A stretch of DNA of 64,000 nucleotides from the NCBI GenBank assembly GCA_004431415.1, contig QPMI01000157.1, forward strand, positions 202,016 to 266,015, read 5' to 3'. The DNA comes from Cyanophora paradoxa CCMP329. Its lineage: Eukaryota > Plantae > Glaucophyta. Below the pieces are notes generated by a model. It saw only the letters and a program-made list of their open reading frames with translations, made no database searches and was not told the DNA's origin. Position 1 is the first letter of the stretch. Each line of letters starts with the position of its first letter. Made by a program: the position numbers and the translations under genes. This document shows, in pieces, positions 25,910-37,925 of the stretch.

Positions 25910-26964
25910 CGTCTAGTCAACCCGCTTCGTAAATTATACCTCTTCCTAACTACTTTGCTCCTATTGGGCTTGATACCCTCTTTTGCTACTAATCTATTTA
26001 CCTTCGTTGTTTTTTTCACTCGCTCCACACGCTTCTGTGTGGGAATCTTAACAATTGCTGCCTTATCTACTTTTTGCAACTCGTTCAGTTTAAAGTTTCG
26101 TTTTACTTCCTTTGGACTCTCTCCCTCATTCTCTTCCAATAAACTAAATCGATTACCTACCTTGCCTGCTACTTTATACACTTGTTTGCTGTATCTTGCT
26201 CCTTCTTTATCGAAAGTCTTCTTTTCAGTTACAGCTCGAACATAATCTCCCTCCTTTACTGTTGGGCTACCTTCTTTAATACGTTTGTTATGCAATGCAT
26301 CACGCAAATATATGAACGATTCTTTCTCGTTATTCCCATACACTGCATTGGGTGAATCATTCTTTAGGGAAGTGTGTGGACTGTTGTTGTAAGTTGCCAG
26401 AACCTGTTTGTAATAATCAGTCCATTTTGGGTTCCCACTCGAAACTATTGCTTTTCTCAAATATTGTTTAAAAGTTCTGGTGAACCTATCGATAATACCA
26501 AGTTTATCACCTACTGTGATGTGGTCATTCTTAGCTACATCAGTGTAGAGTGTAACATTGTTTTCCTCACACCATTTCCTATAAATCTCAGCAGAGAACT
26601 CATTGTCTCCTGAGATAGCACTAACCTTGCCTGCCTCAACTTTGAACCTGTTGAAAATATCGATTTTCGAATCCTTTGGCTTGAAAGGGTATACAAATGC
26701 TTTCCGACTCAATATATCGACAAATCCCAGCATCCTATCCACTCCATGTGTTGCTGTCTTGTAGCTTTTGAAATAAATCACATCAACCTGAAAGGAATTG
26801 GGTGGAGCAATGATCCGCAAGAAAGACTTTTGCTTTTTGGGCTTCTTAAAGATCTGCTCAAGCTCTTGATTTTTAAAACGCTTTCTTAGTTCTTCCTCAT
26901 CAAATGTGATACCTTCTTTAATCAATTTCTGTCGATACTTGGTATAACTCAGAACCTGGTCCAT
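25906..26964 (-). CDS. Retroviral-like (rve) integrase, outer element
   Basis: FQVD, VDILSRKAFVYP, SGDNEF, GIIDRFTRTFK, YNNSPHTSL, SH3-like tail. Confidence 0.92.
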   Translation of the reverse strand: MDQVLSYTKYRQKLIKEGITFDEEELRKRFKNQELEQIFKKPKKQKSFLRIIAPPNSFQVDVIYFKSYKTATHGVDRMLGFVDILSRKAFVYPFKPKDSKIDIFNRFKVEAGKVSAISGDNEFSAEIYRKWCEENNVTLYTDVAKNDHITVGDKLGIIDRFTRTFKQYLRKAIVSSGNPKWTDYYKQVLATYNNSPHTSLKNDSPNAVYGNNEKESFIYLRDALHNKRIKEGSPTVKEGDYVRAVTEKKTFDKEGARYSKQVYKVAGKVGNRFSLLEENEGESPKEVKRNFKLNELQKVDKAAIVKIPTQKRVERVKKTTKVNRLVAKEGIKPNRSKVVRKRYNLRSGLTRR

Positions 26965-26969
26965 CCTTA

Positions 26970-29252
26970 TTATAGTGTTGTTTTTGTTTTATAGTGTCCA
27001 ATCGCAAGAGTAGTATAGAGGTCCTCACAAAGATACCTCTTAGTATCGAGCGCATTGAATGCCTTTTCTTCATTTCCTGCGTTGTTACCTCGTGGTTCTT
27101 TGATCGGAAACCTCGAACTGTTACTTTCTCCCGCTCCTTCATTGGATACATGACAGTGTTGTAGAATTGTAGGAACTCTAACCTATTCTGCACTACTGAC
27201 CGCTGAACTCCCTTCAACTTCTTAACCTTACTATCAATAACATCAGCTTCCGTAGCATTCGACTTCACTCTTAACAAATCCTTCAACTTGTCAGCAATCA
27301 CCTGTTTTACATTTTCTTCTGATCCCAGAGCCTTAACATTCAACTCCTTCTCGTAGGAGTATGCTTTTGGTTTGTAACCAGCAAACCTTGTAACGAGATA
27401 ATCACCACAATCATCCTTGAACAAACCGGGAACCTTTTTATTTTAGGGTTGTAACAGATGTGGGATTTGCTGTAATCAGACTGATCAAACCAATGAGAAT
27501 CCTCAATCATGTCTTTGTAGATATCGTCAGTCTCAATCAGATAATACAGGGAATCTGTATCAGTCATGAGCAGCTTGGCTGATCCAGGTCCATACTTCAC
27601 CATGATGTAATCGTAATGGAAACGATACATGATTAGTTTGGACAGATCCAAGATAGCCTGACCAACATAAATGGGTTTATCCAACATAATAGAACCCTTA
27701 TAGAACTCTAAAGCAGTAAGATTCTCATTGATAATCTTCACTGTCTTCAACAATGGATTGCCGTTGTGTTTGAGCTGCACCCTGGGATCGTTGCAAAGCT
27801 TTATGTTACTTCGCTTGCGAACGTTCTCCATGGTCTTTCCGAAAACTGAGTTATTCATGAGTTTGTAGAAATCTTTCTCGAAATCATTACGAGCTTGCGT
27901 CCGCAGTCCGGTATTGAAATCGATGTATGGTCTCAGCCACTCAGATTGATCATACATAATCCCACGATGAACCTTTGTTACCTTCAATCCTTTTGAGATG
28001 TAGTACTGCAAGTTTTTGATGTGTAGGATGTAATTGGTCTTGTTCATCAGATTGGGAACCAACTTACGAGTCTGGGGTAGTTTTTCATCACCAATCATTT
28101 CAAGCTGTGTTGGTGAAATCATTGACTTGGTGATTATTAGAGATTCGGGAGCAAGAGGTAAATCACTGTGAAGATCATGTAGGTGTTCTGGATATTCCAA
28201 GTCAACCTCCAAAGTTGCACCTCTATCACCTTCCACATCAAAGCCCATATAATCGAAATTCTCGATGTCATCAATCCACTCAAATCCACCTCTGGGTAGC
28301 TTGAAACTCATCGCTTTCCCATACAGATTGTTGGCATCCCAAGTGGTGATATACTTTGTTGACTTTGATGGATCATAAGACTTCATGTAGGGGTTATTAG
28401 CCTCTGCATAACGATTGGGAACCATGCAAACACCTCCACGAATTCCAAGTTCAAAGAATCTATACATTTCAGGGTCACTCAATTGCTCCAACTCCACACC
28501 TGTATATTTCAACATCGCGAACCATGACAGGTGAGGAGCTGAAATGAAATGGATAGGATCGATCTTATAATTACTGTAGCAAACATTGCGGAATGTATTG
28601 AAAACGTCAGCAAGCAGAGCAACATCAGTAGAAAGATAGATATCGTGATAATCTCCGAGAGTTTTGCAGTTGAAAGCGTCCCATACCCTCTGGCAATGCT
28701 TGTAGTCGGAGTCACTTAATTCAGTATCATTGAGTTTCGAGTAGAAAGCTTCTTTGGGAGGTAATTGGGTCTCACTGAGTTTCTCGAAGCTATCCAGGTA
28801 GTCGTAAGGGAAGTGTCCCTTTTGCATCAGTAGCTCTCGCTGTTCCTGTGAGTAATTTACAGAATCACACCACTCATTGGTGAATTTGAAATTATTCTTA
28901 CTGAGATTCTTTACCAGACCATCAAGGCTCGAAGCCATGAAATTCAAAGAGTCCATGAACTTGTATGGTCCCATATCGAATGCTATGAACTTCTCAAAAT
29001 TCTGGGCAATGCAACGAATTTCCTTACCAGGTTCATTGAAATTCAAAGCCTTCAGAATATAGTGTCCATCGTAACCTTTTAGATTGTGGAACACAACTGG
29101 GATCTTTGGATTGATCTTTCGTTTCAGATTGCAAGTATTGCAAGCTGCTCCAATGTAGTCTCCTGTAACGTGGTCGTGGTCTCTAACCTTTTTAACTTGA
29201 TATGTGTTACCATTATCATCGGTTACAGTAGCTCCAAACTCATCTCCACAGA
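26970..29252 (-). CDS. polB: Protein-primed family B DNA polymerase, C-terminal part (interrupted by the nested element; two single-A frameshifts)
   Basis: KVRDHDHVTGDYIGAACNTCNL; ExoII FHNLKGYDGH; motif A DANNLYGKAM; motif B KLMNNSVFGK; motif C TDTDS; frame-corrected end DTKRY..TLAIGHY. Confidence 0.93.
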
Positions 29253-29625
29253 AGCACTGCGCCGTGTCTCCAAAACAATACCCGCGAAAAAATCAAAAAC
29301 AAATCAGAAAACAAACCATTCCCAGTAACCCAATCTTGAATATCAGTAAATCTCAGTAAGCCTCAGTAACAAAAATTTAATTAATCGACGTTATATCATA
29401 ATCTCGATTAATTATATCTTATCGCAGTTATATCTTTTTTATGCGCCGTGTCTCCAAAACAATTCCCAAGAAAAACAAACCATTCACAGTAACCCAATTC
29501 CAAATCTCACTAAATCTCAGTAAGCCTCAGTAACAAAAATCGAATTTATCGAAGTTATATCTTAAATCTTATTTATCGAAGTTATATCATTATCTCGATT
29601 AATTATATTTAATCGAAGTTATATC
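29253..29625 (+). repeat. Inner element left TIR (373 bp, two internal sub-repeats)
   Basis: Reverse complement of 40545-40917; sub-units begin GCGCCGTGTCTCCAAAACAAT. Confidence 0.93.
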
Positions 29626-29652
29626 CTTTTTATCCGCCGTGTCTCCCATCAA

Positions 29653-30198
29653 TTAGTCATCATCATCAATAAACTGATACTTATTTGCTATCATTCCATT
29701 TTTATGTGGTAAGCGATATGTATAATTTGTTTTACTTCCAGTTGCAACAGTGCCTTGAAATGTTTGCAAATCCGTTTTGTAGTAAATATATGGGTTTTCA
29801 GATTCGTAATATCCCATATTCTCAATAATCTTTTTTCCAATAGAAACGACATGTTTTTCATCTCCACCACAAAAGAATATTATAACACCAAATGCAGTAT
29901 CTGAAGCTCGTGAATTGCGTTTACCTGTGGAGCATTTCATTGATGGTATACCCAATTTGCCTTCATCGAAACATTTCTTAAAATGCTCCCATTTTTTAGG
30001 TATCTCTTCTTTTGGATAGAAGACCATCCATTTTCCACTATCATGTAATCCAAAGTAGTCAGCATTTTCCAACACACATTCTGCCAATGTTTGACCAGGC
30101 TTTATTGTAACTGCTTCCACTTCATCATCAATTTCAGGGTATTGTGACTCATCATTATCATAATAAATCCAATACTCTGTCTTCGTTTCGAAACCCAT
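29653..30198 (-). CDS. DUF1917/Bles03-like (eIF4E-like fold) protein
   Basis: SGKWMVF..I..KW......GKLG..SMKCST...GVIIFF...IYYKTDLQTFQG pattern. Confidence 0.7.
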   Translation of the reverse strand: MGFETKTEYWIYYDNDESQYPEIDDEVEAVTIKPGQTLAECVLENADYFGLHDSGKWMVFYPKEEIPKKWEHFKKCFDEGKLGIPSMKCSTGKRNSRASDTAFGVIIFFCGGDEKHVVSIGKKIIENMGYYESENPYIYYKTDLQTFQGTVATGSKTNYTYRLPHKNGMIANKYQFIDDDD

Positions 30199-30239
30199 TT
30201 TTAAACTTACTGATATCTATTTCCTCCTGTCAATTTTTG

Positions 30240-31297
30240 TCAACGTTTCGTTAAACCACTTCTCAGATTGTATCTTCTCCTTATTACATTACTCCGATTG
30301 GGTTTTATGCCTTCCTTTGCTACCAATCGATTCACTTTATTCGTCTTATTAACCTGCTGAATTCGTTTTTGTGATGGGATCTTAATGATATCATCTTTAT
30401 TCACCTTTTGCAATTCTTGCTTCTTAAACCTCCTCTTCACTTCTTTTGTTTCCTCACCATCATTATCTTCAAGGACTTTGAAACGATTCCTATCAGCCTT
30501 TGCAACAGTGTAGACCTTCTGACTGAATTGCGCCCCTTCTTTTTCAAATAACCCCTTTGGTTGCAAAACTCGAACTGTGTCTCCTGGTTTCACTTGATTA
30601 GTATCAGCCTCCTTTACACGATTGTTGTGAACAGTATCCCTCATGTAAATAAATAACTGTTTATCTTCATTTGTATACACTGCATTCGGTGAGTCATTTT
30701 TCAATGCCGAATGGGGACTGCTATTATACAAGTCAATTACATCACTAAGTAGATCGATCCATTTCGTGGTTCCTTTTGCTGTCATCGTTTTCCTGAGATA
30801 TTGTTTGAAAGTCCTAGTGAACCTATCAATTATCCCCAGTTTATCTCCTACTGTGATGTGGTCATCCTTTGCCACATCTGTGTAAAGCATTACACCATGT
30901 TCACTGCACCAATTTCGGTATACTGCCTGGGAAAACTCATTATCCCAGAGAGAGCATTAACTTTGCCTGCATCTTGCTTGAACCTATTTAAAATGCTCGG
31001 GATCTCACTGCTGTTTTTAAAAGGATAAACAAATCCTTTGCGACTAAGTATGTCTACGAAACTGAGCATTTTGAAAATGCCATTGTTGGCAGTCTGAAAC
31101 CCTCTGAAATATGTTATATCGATTTGAAACGATCTAGGCTTTGCTACTATGCGAAGAAACGATTTGGTTTCCTTGGTTTCTTGTAGATTTGCTGGAGTTC
31201 TGAGTTTTTGAATTTCTTTTTCAACTCTTTTTCATCAAACTCACTTTTCATTAATCAGTTTCTGCCTATACTTTTTGAATGATAATACACTATCCAT
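30240..31297 (-). CDS. rve integrase, inner element (frameshifted in the 5' half)
   Basis: Homologous to 25906-26964: starts MDSVLSFKKYRQKLI; contains KDDHITVGDKLGIIDRFTRTFKQYLRK and RYNLRSGLTKR. Confidence 0.9.
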
Positions 31298-34200
31298 TAT
31301 TGGGCGGCACAGTTACACTTAATATGAGAGAGGAAACAATTTTTGGTAATGTGAGCCACAGCATTATTAATTCGATCTACCGAAATATCTTCAAAGTCCA
31401 TGGCATTGTAGCATCGCAGGCAATGCCATACTGCTTCCCATATCGCTGCTTGATCCAATCCCATGTGATGTAATCATGCTCATCGAATTGTCTGTTTGCT
31501 GCTCGGTCCTGATCCTTGTAAGTCGATATTTTCTCGTTATTCTCTCTCTTCCACACCTTCCAGTGAGCCATTTCGAAATTATCATGGTAAATAACGACAT
31601 CATCCAGCCTTGTGGTTCGTGTGAGAGCAACATAGAGCCACTTCTTTGACACAAATGGCGCCCCGTTTCGAACACAACTACCCTGTTCCCTTTGCAGCGA
31701 ATCGTATCACCTTGAACAACATGGCAGGTGTTTGCATAAGCCAGGGCGAAATGTTTGACTGCATCCCTGCTGAGAACAATCTCATCCTTCTTGTTGGCAA
31801 TGTCAGCAATTATGAAACTGTCCTTTGAGAGCTTGACAATCTTGTAGACAAATCCATTATGAACTATTTTTCCACCCTTTGCAATACGAGTCTTTGCAAC
31901 AACTTTGATGCCGCCAGCATAAATGGAAACATTATCCCCGTAGTTCATTTTGTGAAGGGCTAGGTTCACCTCTGCACCCTTGCGGTTTGTGTAAACAATG
32001 CCAATATCAGTCTTTTCCAATTCGTCCACAACCTTGAACCCATACTTCGCAAGGACCTCACTTACACTCAAACCTTTCTCGAACAAATCGATTCGAATCT
32101 GCTCAACCTTTCTGCGATCTTCCTCAGTCTCATGGCGCTTGTTCACTTGGAGTAACAATTCGTTGGGGAACAGGCGATGGAGGATATCGAGGTAATACTC
32201 ATCTTGGTCAACACTCATATCTTGGATGGGTGGGTTTTGGTACGGGTCCCCTGTGGCGATGTATACCTTATCTGGGAACTGCTCATTCATGATGTGGTCC
32301 AAGGCTGCCAGTTCCCCAATCTTAAACTGACAGATCTCATCAATAACAATGCAATCAAATTCTACCAAACCAGAGGCATTTCCTCCTACAATTTCATCCA
32401 TGTTCGACTCATCGATTTTGAGATGAAGGGCATCATAGATTGTCTTCACATTTTTCAATCCTTGCTCTTTCATTTCTTTCACTCGCTTGTTGGTTGGAAC
32501 AATATAGAGGGGATTTTGGAAACACTTTCCTCCATATTCAACTGTCATGTAAGTCTTTCCGACTCCCGGAACTGCTCCGAGAAGAACCCATCGTTTTTGT
32601 GTAGCCAGCAAATCACAAATCGCGGTTGTGTCATACTCATCAACCACAGAGTGTTTGGTATAACTGTAGTTCTCGATTTTCACAAAGTCAGTCGCTCTCT
32701 CAAACTTTCCGTAACGAATTCGTTTTGCCTCGAGGTCTTTCTTCTCACCTGAAAACTTTTTAGAAAAATTGGGGCAGCATTTCACACTGAATTTTCCAAT
32801 ATTCTCAAAGGCATTGCGATCGAATGACATTGGGGCAATGGGTTCGTAAGCGATCCCATAAACACAATCGGTGTTCAAAGCAAGTGGTCGGATTTGCTGT
32901 TTAGCGAGTTCGACACACTTCTCATACATACACATCCTCATAATTGACAAGAGGGTAGTGTACAATGGCATGAAGCCATCAATGAGCTGCTTTTCTGCTA
33001 CCTGATTGACATAGTAGATATGGGGTTCGGTCATCTCTTCCTCACACAGAACGAACTCTGTCTCCTCATAAGTGGCAAGAGTCTCACCAAAGAGGTAAAT
33101 CTTAACCTCCCCTCCATTCTGTTTCTGGAACTCGATCGCATCGTCTCTGTTGTGGAAAATGGTGGTTTTCACTCTGCTATTTCTTTGCTTTCCAGTTTGC
33201 CCAATCGCACTCACTAAGATCTGCTTCTTATCAACAGGATCGAGGTCGCTATCTAAGATTCGAGCAACTGTGTTGCCTGCAAGGTTGGGAATGAGTTTGT
33301 AAGGTCGCAGAACCGCTTTGATGGAGATGTCATCCTTGAAATCCTCGAAATGCTTTTTGAGAACCAAACCAGGAACGACATTGTACTTGGAATCAATGAT
33401 CATCCTCTTGTATCTGTTGTAGGTGTTTGCTTCGTACTCCTTTCCGTTCTTGTCTTTGGCTTTGAAAAAGTATTTGTCGTCCAGTTTCACGTAATAGAAG
33501 CTGTATTCCTCGATTTGCTCTGCATCTGTGATTGTCACACTCTTGAAGACATCGAACTTGCTGAGAACAGGAACGAATTTGATCATCAAGGCTACAATGT
33601 AAGGGTATGCTTTGCACATATCGAACTCGTAAATATCTGTGTTATAGCGAATTTCATCAAAGGTCTCCTCATCCACATCAAAGAGACCACGAAGGGCAGT
33701 CTGCACTCCATTCTTGAATGCATTTATGGTTTGCTCATTGTAAGTACTCTTGTTGGAAGTGTTGATTAGAGACCTATACATATCCAGATTTAGTTTCTCG
33801 AACTTATCTCTGTACTCAGCATTCTTGAAGCTAATCTCGAAAGCTGTTTCCACATCTGTATCGTTACCAGGTGGGGTCACGACAACATCCTTATCGTCAA
33901 TAGTGAAACGAATATGGGTTGCCTTTCCGATTTGGGAGAACCCAGGTTGCACCTGATAATTATGCACCACAATGAACTCTCTGAGAAGTTCATCCAGTGA
34001 ACCACCATAGCAGATTCGAATGCTCGATTGGTTCTTTGGATTGTCAGACCTGACAATTCTCAGAATGTCGTCTGGATTTGTGGCAAACTCCTTGAACCTT
34101 CTTTGCTTTATAATCTTGTAACGAGAACTGAGTGGAACATTGGTATCTTTTGGCTTGGAGCCATTGAAGGACTGTGTGAGAGCCTTAATATTGTGATTTA

Positions 34201-35398
34201 ACAAATACATGTGACCATTCTCAATCTTCACATATGCAACAGAAGGGGTCAAGTGTGTGTTTCTGGTCTTGGGCAGGAAAGTCAGTTCAGGGACAGGGGT
34301 CCTGTCGTCCTTTCCAATTGTAACCATGCCTAGGCGCAGTGGGTCAAGAACCTTCTCCGAAATGGACTTGAAAGAAATGCCCCAATCATCTCCTTCAACA
34401 GGGTCTCGCCCATTCACCATCTTAAAGAGTCCGTTATAAGACCAATCGATGCGCTTGTATTTCCCTTTGGTCTTAGCCTTCTCAAATGCTCCTCCAAACC
34501 ATTTGATGAGGACATCGAAAACACACTTCCCAACCTTGAATGAGTCTCCTTTCAAGAACATTTCCTTGAATGTGGTGGCTTGGGGGTTCCCTTCGTTTTT
34601 AATGAAATTCGAAATAATCATTGGAGCGTTTGTATTGTCTCTGAGGACTTGTTCATTTCTTGGGATGTATTCTTCATTATCTGTCGTGATGACTCTTTCA
34701 ATTGTCATAATATCGGGGTAGGTATCTTGCTCAATTAGTTTTAGGTAGCGGAAATCTTGATTGGTCGAGTTAAACTCAATAACTGCTGCAATAAATTCAG
34801 CAATGACAGTCCCCTCAACACATGGGAACGTATTGAAGGTGGATTGAACCAGACCGAGAGCATTCAGAAAAGCTGCCTTGGTACACTGGATACCAAAGGG
34901 GCGATTGTTCCGAAGCCTCTTCGATTCAATGTAGGTCACACCATTCTCAGTGACCCTGTTTGCATTTGCAGGGGCTTGTTCTCCCTCTTGCAACTCACGG
35001 AAGAGTCTCACATTCAGGGTGACCATGTTTCCAGGTGAGTTTTCAACAAACTCACGGAGGTTAGCAATCATCTGCTGGAAAGGAGTCAAGCGCTTCCGCT
35101 CTCTCGCTTGCTCCGCTTTCTTGTTTTGCTTCTCAACATTCTTAGCGGCTCTCTCAGCCCTCTTCTCCTTCTTCTCCTGCTTGCGATACAAACGAGGCTC
35201 TACGATACCTCTCAGTGTATCTCTGATATCAATCAACTTTGGAATTCTAATTGCTTTGAAAGTAAATTCTCTCAAGAAATAGATATCCTGCTCTCGGGTC
35301 AATTTGTCTTCTACTTTTGCTTGCATGTAGTAACCGAGAATCTCATCCTGCAAATTCTTCGAAATTCGATTACTTGGTCGAGGCATTTCTTTGTTCAC
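31297..35398 (-). CDS. Degenerate PolB + superfamily 1 (RecD/Pif1-like) helicase + C-terminal HNH-like Zn domain fusion (two frameshifts near the 3' end)
   Basis: Pol motifs FDMCKAYP, KQILVSAIG, LNTDCV. Helicase motifs GAVPGVGKT, IVIDE, GDPYQNPP, YANTCHVVQGDT, LYVALTR. Tail CLRC..SVDRINNAVAHITKNC..HIKCN. Confidence 0.85.
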
Positions 35399-35626
35399 TC
35401 TATTAATATATACCTACAAAAGTTTTCTTTAAATACTTTTATACTCGCGTCAAATTTTACCGGCAAAACCAAAAGTCTCCAACAAAATATATTTAGTCGA
35501 GGGCATTCATAAAAATAACAAAGGGTTGGCTCGATCATTGAACTCTAAAAATAACAGAAAGATTTTATTTGTGGTTCCAGCGCGGTTCCACGGGTTTCTC
35601 AGAGCAGATCGCGCTGAGAAAAACGA

Positions 35627-35884
35627 TTAACAGAGATATTTCGATTTGCGACCACGGTTAGAATACGGGACACCATAGAGATACTTCACAAAGCAGACTG
35701 CATTGGAAGCATAGAGACGCTGGGAACTCTCAACGATTCTCATGGCTCTGTAACACTCATCAGTATGGTATAAATCACGCATTTGCTTCGCGAATTTCGC
35801 ATTATACTTTTTTAAATATTCCTGACCTTTTTCAGTTTTACGATAACGGTAAGTAGCACGCTTCTGAGCCTCACTGATTGGCAT
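35627..35884 (-). CDS. Small basic protein (inner copy)
   Basis: MPISEAQKRATYRYRKTEKG; homologue at 42904-43167. Confidence 0.8.
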   Translation of the reverse strand: MPISEAQKRATYRYRKTEKGQEYLKKYNAKFAKQMRDLYHTDECYRAMRIVESSQRLYASNAVCFVKYLYGVPYSNRGRKSKYLC

Positions 35885-35970
35885 TTTGTCCTTTTCTACT
35901 CTCTTAATATATGTTAAGAAATCTTTAAGTAGTTTTTCTGTCTGTATATAGCGATTAAACTCCTGTCAAA

Positions 35971-36216
35971 TTTTGGTCCCAATCGCAGAGCATCCAATTC
36001 TGAAAGAAGATGCTGGAAAAATGATAAAGCCACCGAAACCAAATAGGCTCACTTGTCGGCTGCAAGTTTCTACCACTGAACCCGGTAGAACAGGTGATTA
36101 AAGTGATATCTGTGGATAATTCACTTCGCTCTACAACGCCTCCATAAAAATGAAGAAGTTTTGAGCCTACGGGATAAGATTGGTTACGTAGCGCTAACAA
36201 TGTTCAAGATTTTTTT
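35971..36216. ncRNA. Candidate structured non-coding element (inner copy)
   Basis: Several stems are conserved with 43255-43506, with most differences seen in loops or linkers; ends in a T-run. Confidence 0.35.
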
Positions 36217-36244
36217 AATTCGGAAATGATGCGTGAGCCGTCCC

Positions 36245-36992
36245 TTAACGGCGATAACCAGGTTTAATACCGAGCTTGGCAAACCCTGAGACCATTGGGG
36301 CAGCATTTGGAATCGAGTTGACTGGATCAGCCTGCGAAGTGGCAACCCGAAGGATCGATTTATTGAGGACCGGCAAATCCGTTTTGTTGGACTCTTGATA
36401 ATCGATGGTCTTTGCAATCAATTCGGCTGGCGATTCTTTTGCAACATGAACAGGTTCAGGGATGACTTCATGGTTACTTCTGGTTTCTTCTCAACCTTTT
36501 CCTTTGTGATTGGCTGTTCCTTGATCCTGTTTTCGTTTTTGGTCTCTGCTGCGATACCATCAACAAGACTCTTAGCATACTGGTATGTCACAGATTTCAG
36601 TCCACCAGTGGTTGAACGAATAAAGTAGCGGTTGCGATGGTCTTTCTCGGAATAGGTTGAGTAGAGTCGCTCACCACCATCAAGCAGTTTCAGCAGTGTT
36701 GATGATGAGGCAACCTTGTCCTTTGTCGATGATTTGAACTGTCCTTTCTTGATTCCTCGTTTGGCTCCAGGCATGCGGTTCAGTGGGACTTGATCAACCA
36801 GGGCATTATCATCATTTGAGTTTGAAGTAAGCGCAATTGTGTGAGCATTCATGGTCTGGTGAACATTTTATCGAGATCACCAGTTCCATATGCAGCGGTT
36901 CCTTTTGATTTCTTAAACTGTTTCCGTTCTGGTTCCGCTTGCTCAACTGGTTTGGCTAAGAAATTCTTTGGCTGGGTCTTTCGAGTTGCCAT
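36245..36992 (-). CDS. Basic hypothetical protein, inner copy (frameshifted)
   Basis: Near-identical over most of its length to 43524-44285. Confidence 0.7.
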
Positions 36993-37028
36993 TTGTAATA
37001 TCGAGACAAATTTATTCTACAGTATTTC

Positions 37029-37925
37029 CTATGACCGTGAGAACGGCAAGTAGAGTCCTCCAACTCTTTAATGACATTCTTCAATGCTTTCTTGGTCAGA
37101 TCTTTATCATCTTCCGTAATGAGTTCAAGTGTCATCGACCAGTCAGTGGTAATATCCGTTTCAGCACCATTCCAGTATGTGAGACGAACTTTTAGCGTTT
37201 CCACTTCCACTAAACCATTTTGCTCATGCAGGATCATGGAATTATTCGATGAATCGTATTTTAGCAGACTGCCTACCGTTTGATCAATCTCGATTTTTGC
37301 GAGGGCTTTATCATCACTGGTATTCTTGCTAACATAATTGCCTTTGAGTGGATCGACATGTAGAAGGATGTAAGAGTTAAACAGAAGATCAAGCGGTATA
37401 GCACTGTCAATGTAGTAATTATAAGTATTAGCTCCAACTGTTACAGGTGAATCGAGCAGGGCAGAAGCGTAACCATTTTCAGAACTGTCAGGTCTGCGAT
37501 CTGGGAAACCAAGGAAGTTCGCTAAAATCCGACTTCCAAAGGTGAGGGTAAATGTTGCATCGCACATGAACCTTAGAAACATGGTAACAGGATCATATGT
37601 AACGTAGAAATGGCGAGTATAGGTAGTTCCTGCTGCACCATACACCTGTGAAGCTAATTTGGCATTTAGAAGATTCACCAAACTATCCGAAGTATATGTC
37701 CTTTTGAAATAGTGTTATTCTTAGTTTTAATTACATCCCCAGCATCATAGGTTCCTGTAATCAAACTTCCATTTTCGCTGAGATTGTAAATGTTATTGAA
37801 CATCTCAAAGTTAGTCACTCTGCAGGCTCTCACATTTTGGATTGCATGGGAATTTTATAAGTGAAGTTCGTTGGGGTTCCATCATCTCGGTCCCTGGAAT
37901 CAATATTAAGGTAATGACGCGTCAT
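37029..37925 (-). CDS. Minor capsid (penton)-like protein, inner copy (frameshifted)
   Basis: MTRHYLNIDSRDRDDGTPTNFTY...YILLHVDPL...ETLKVRLTYWNG..DWSMTLEL; divergent from and adjacent to the MCP. Confidence 0.72.
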
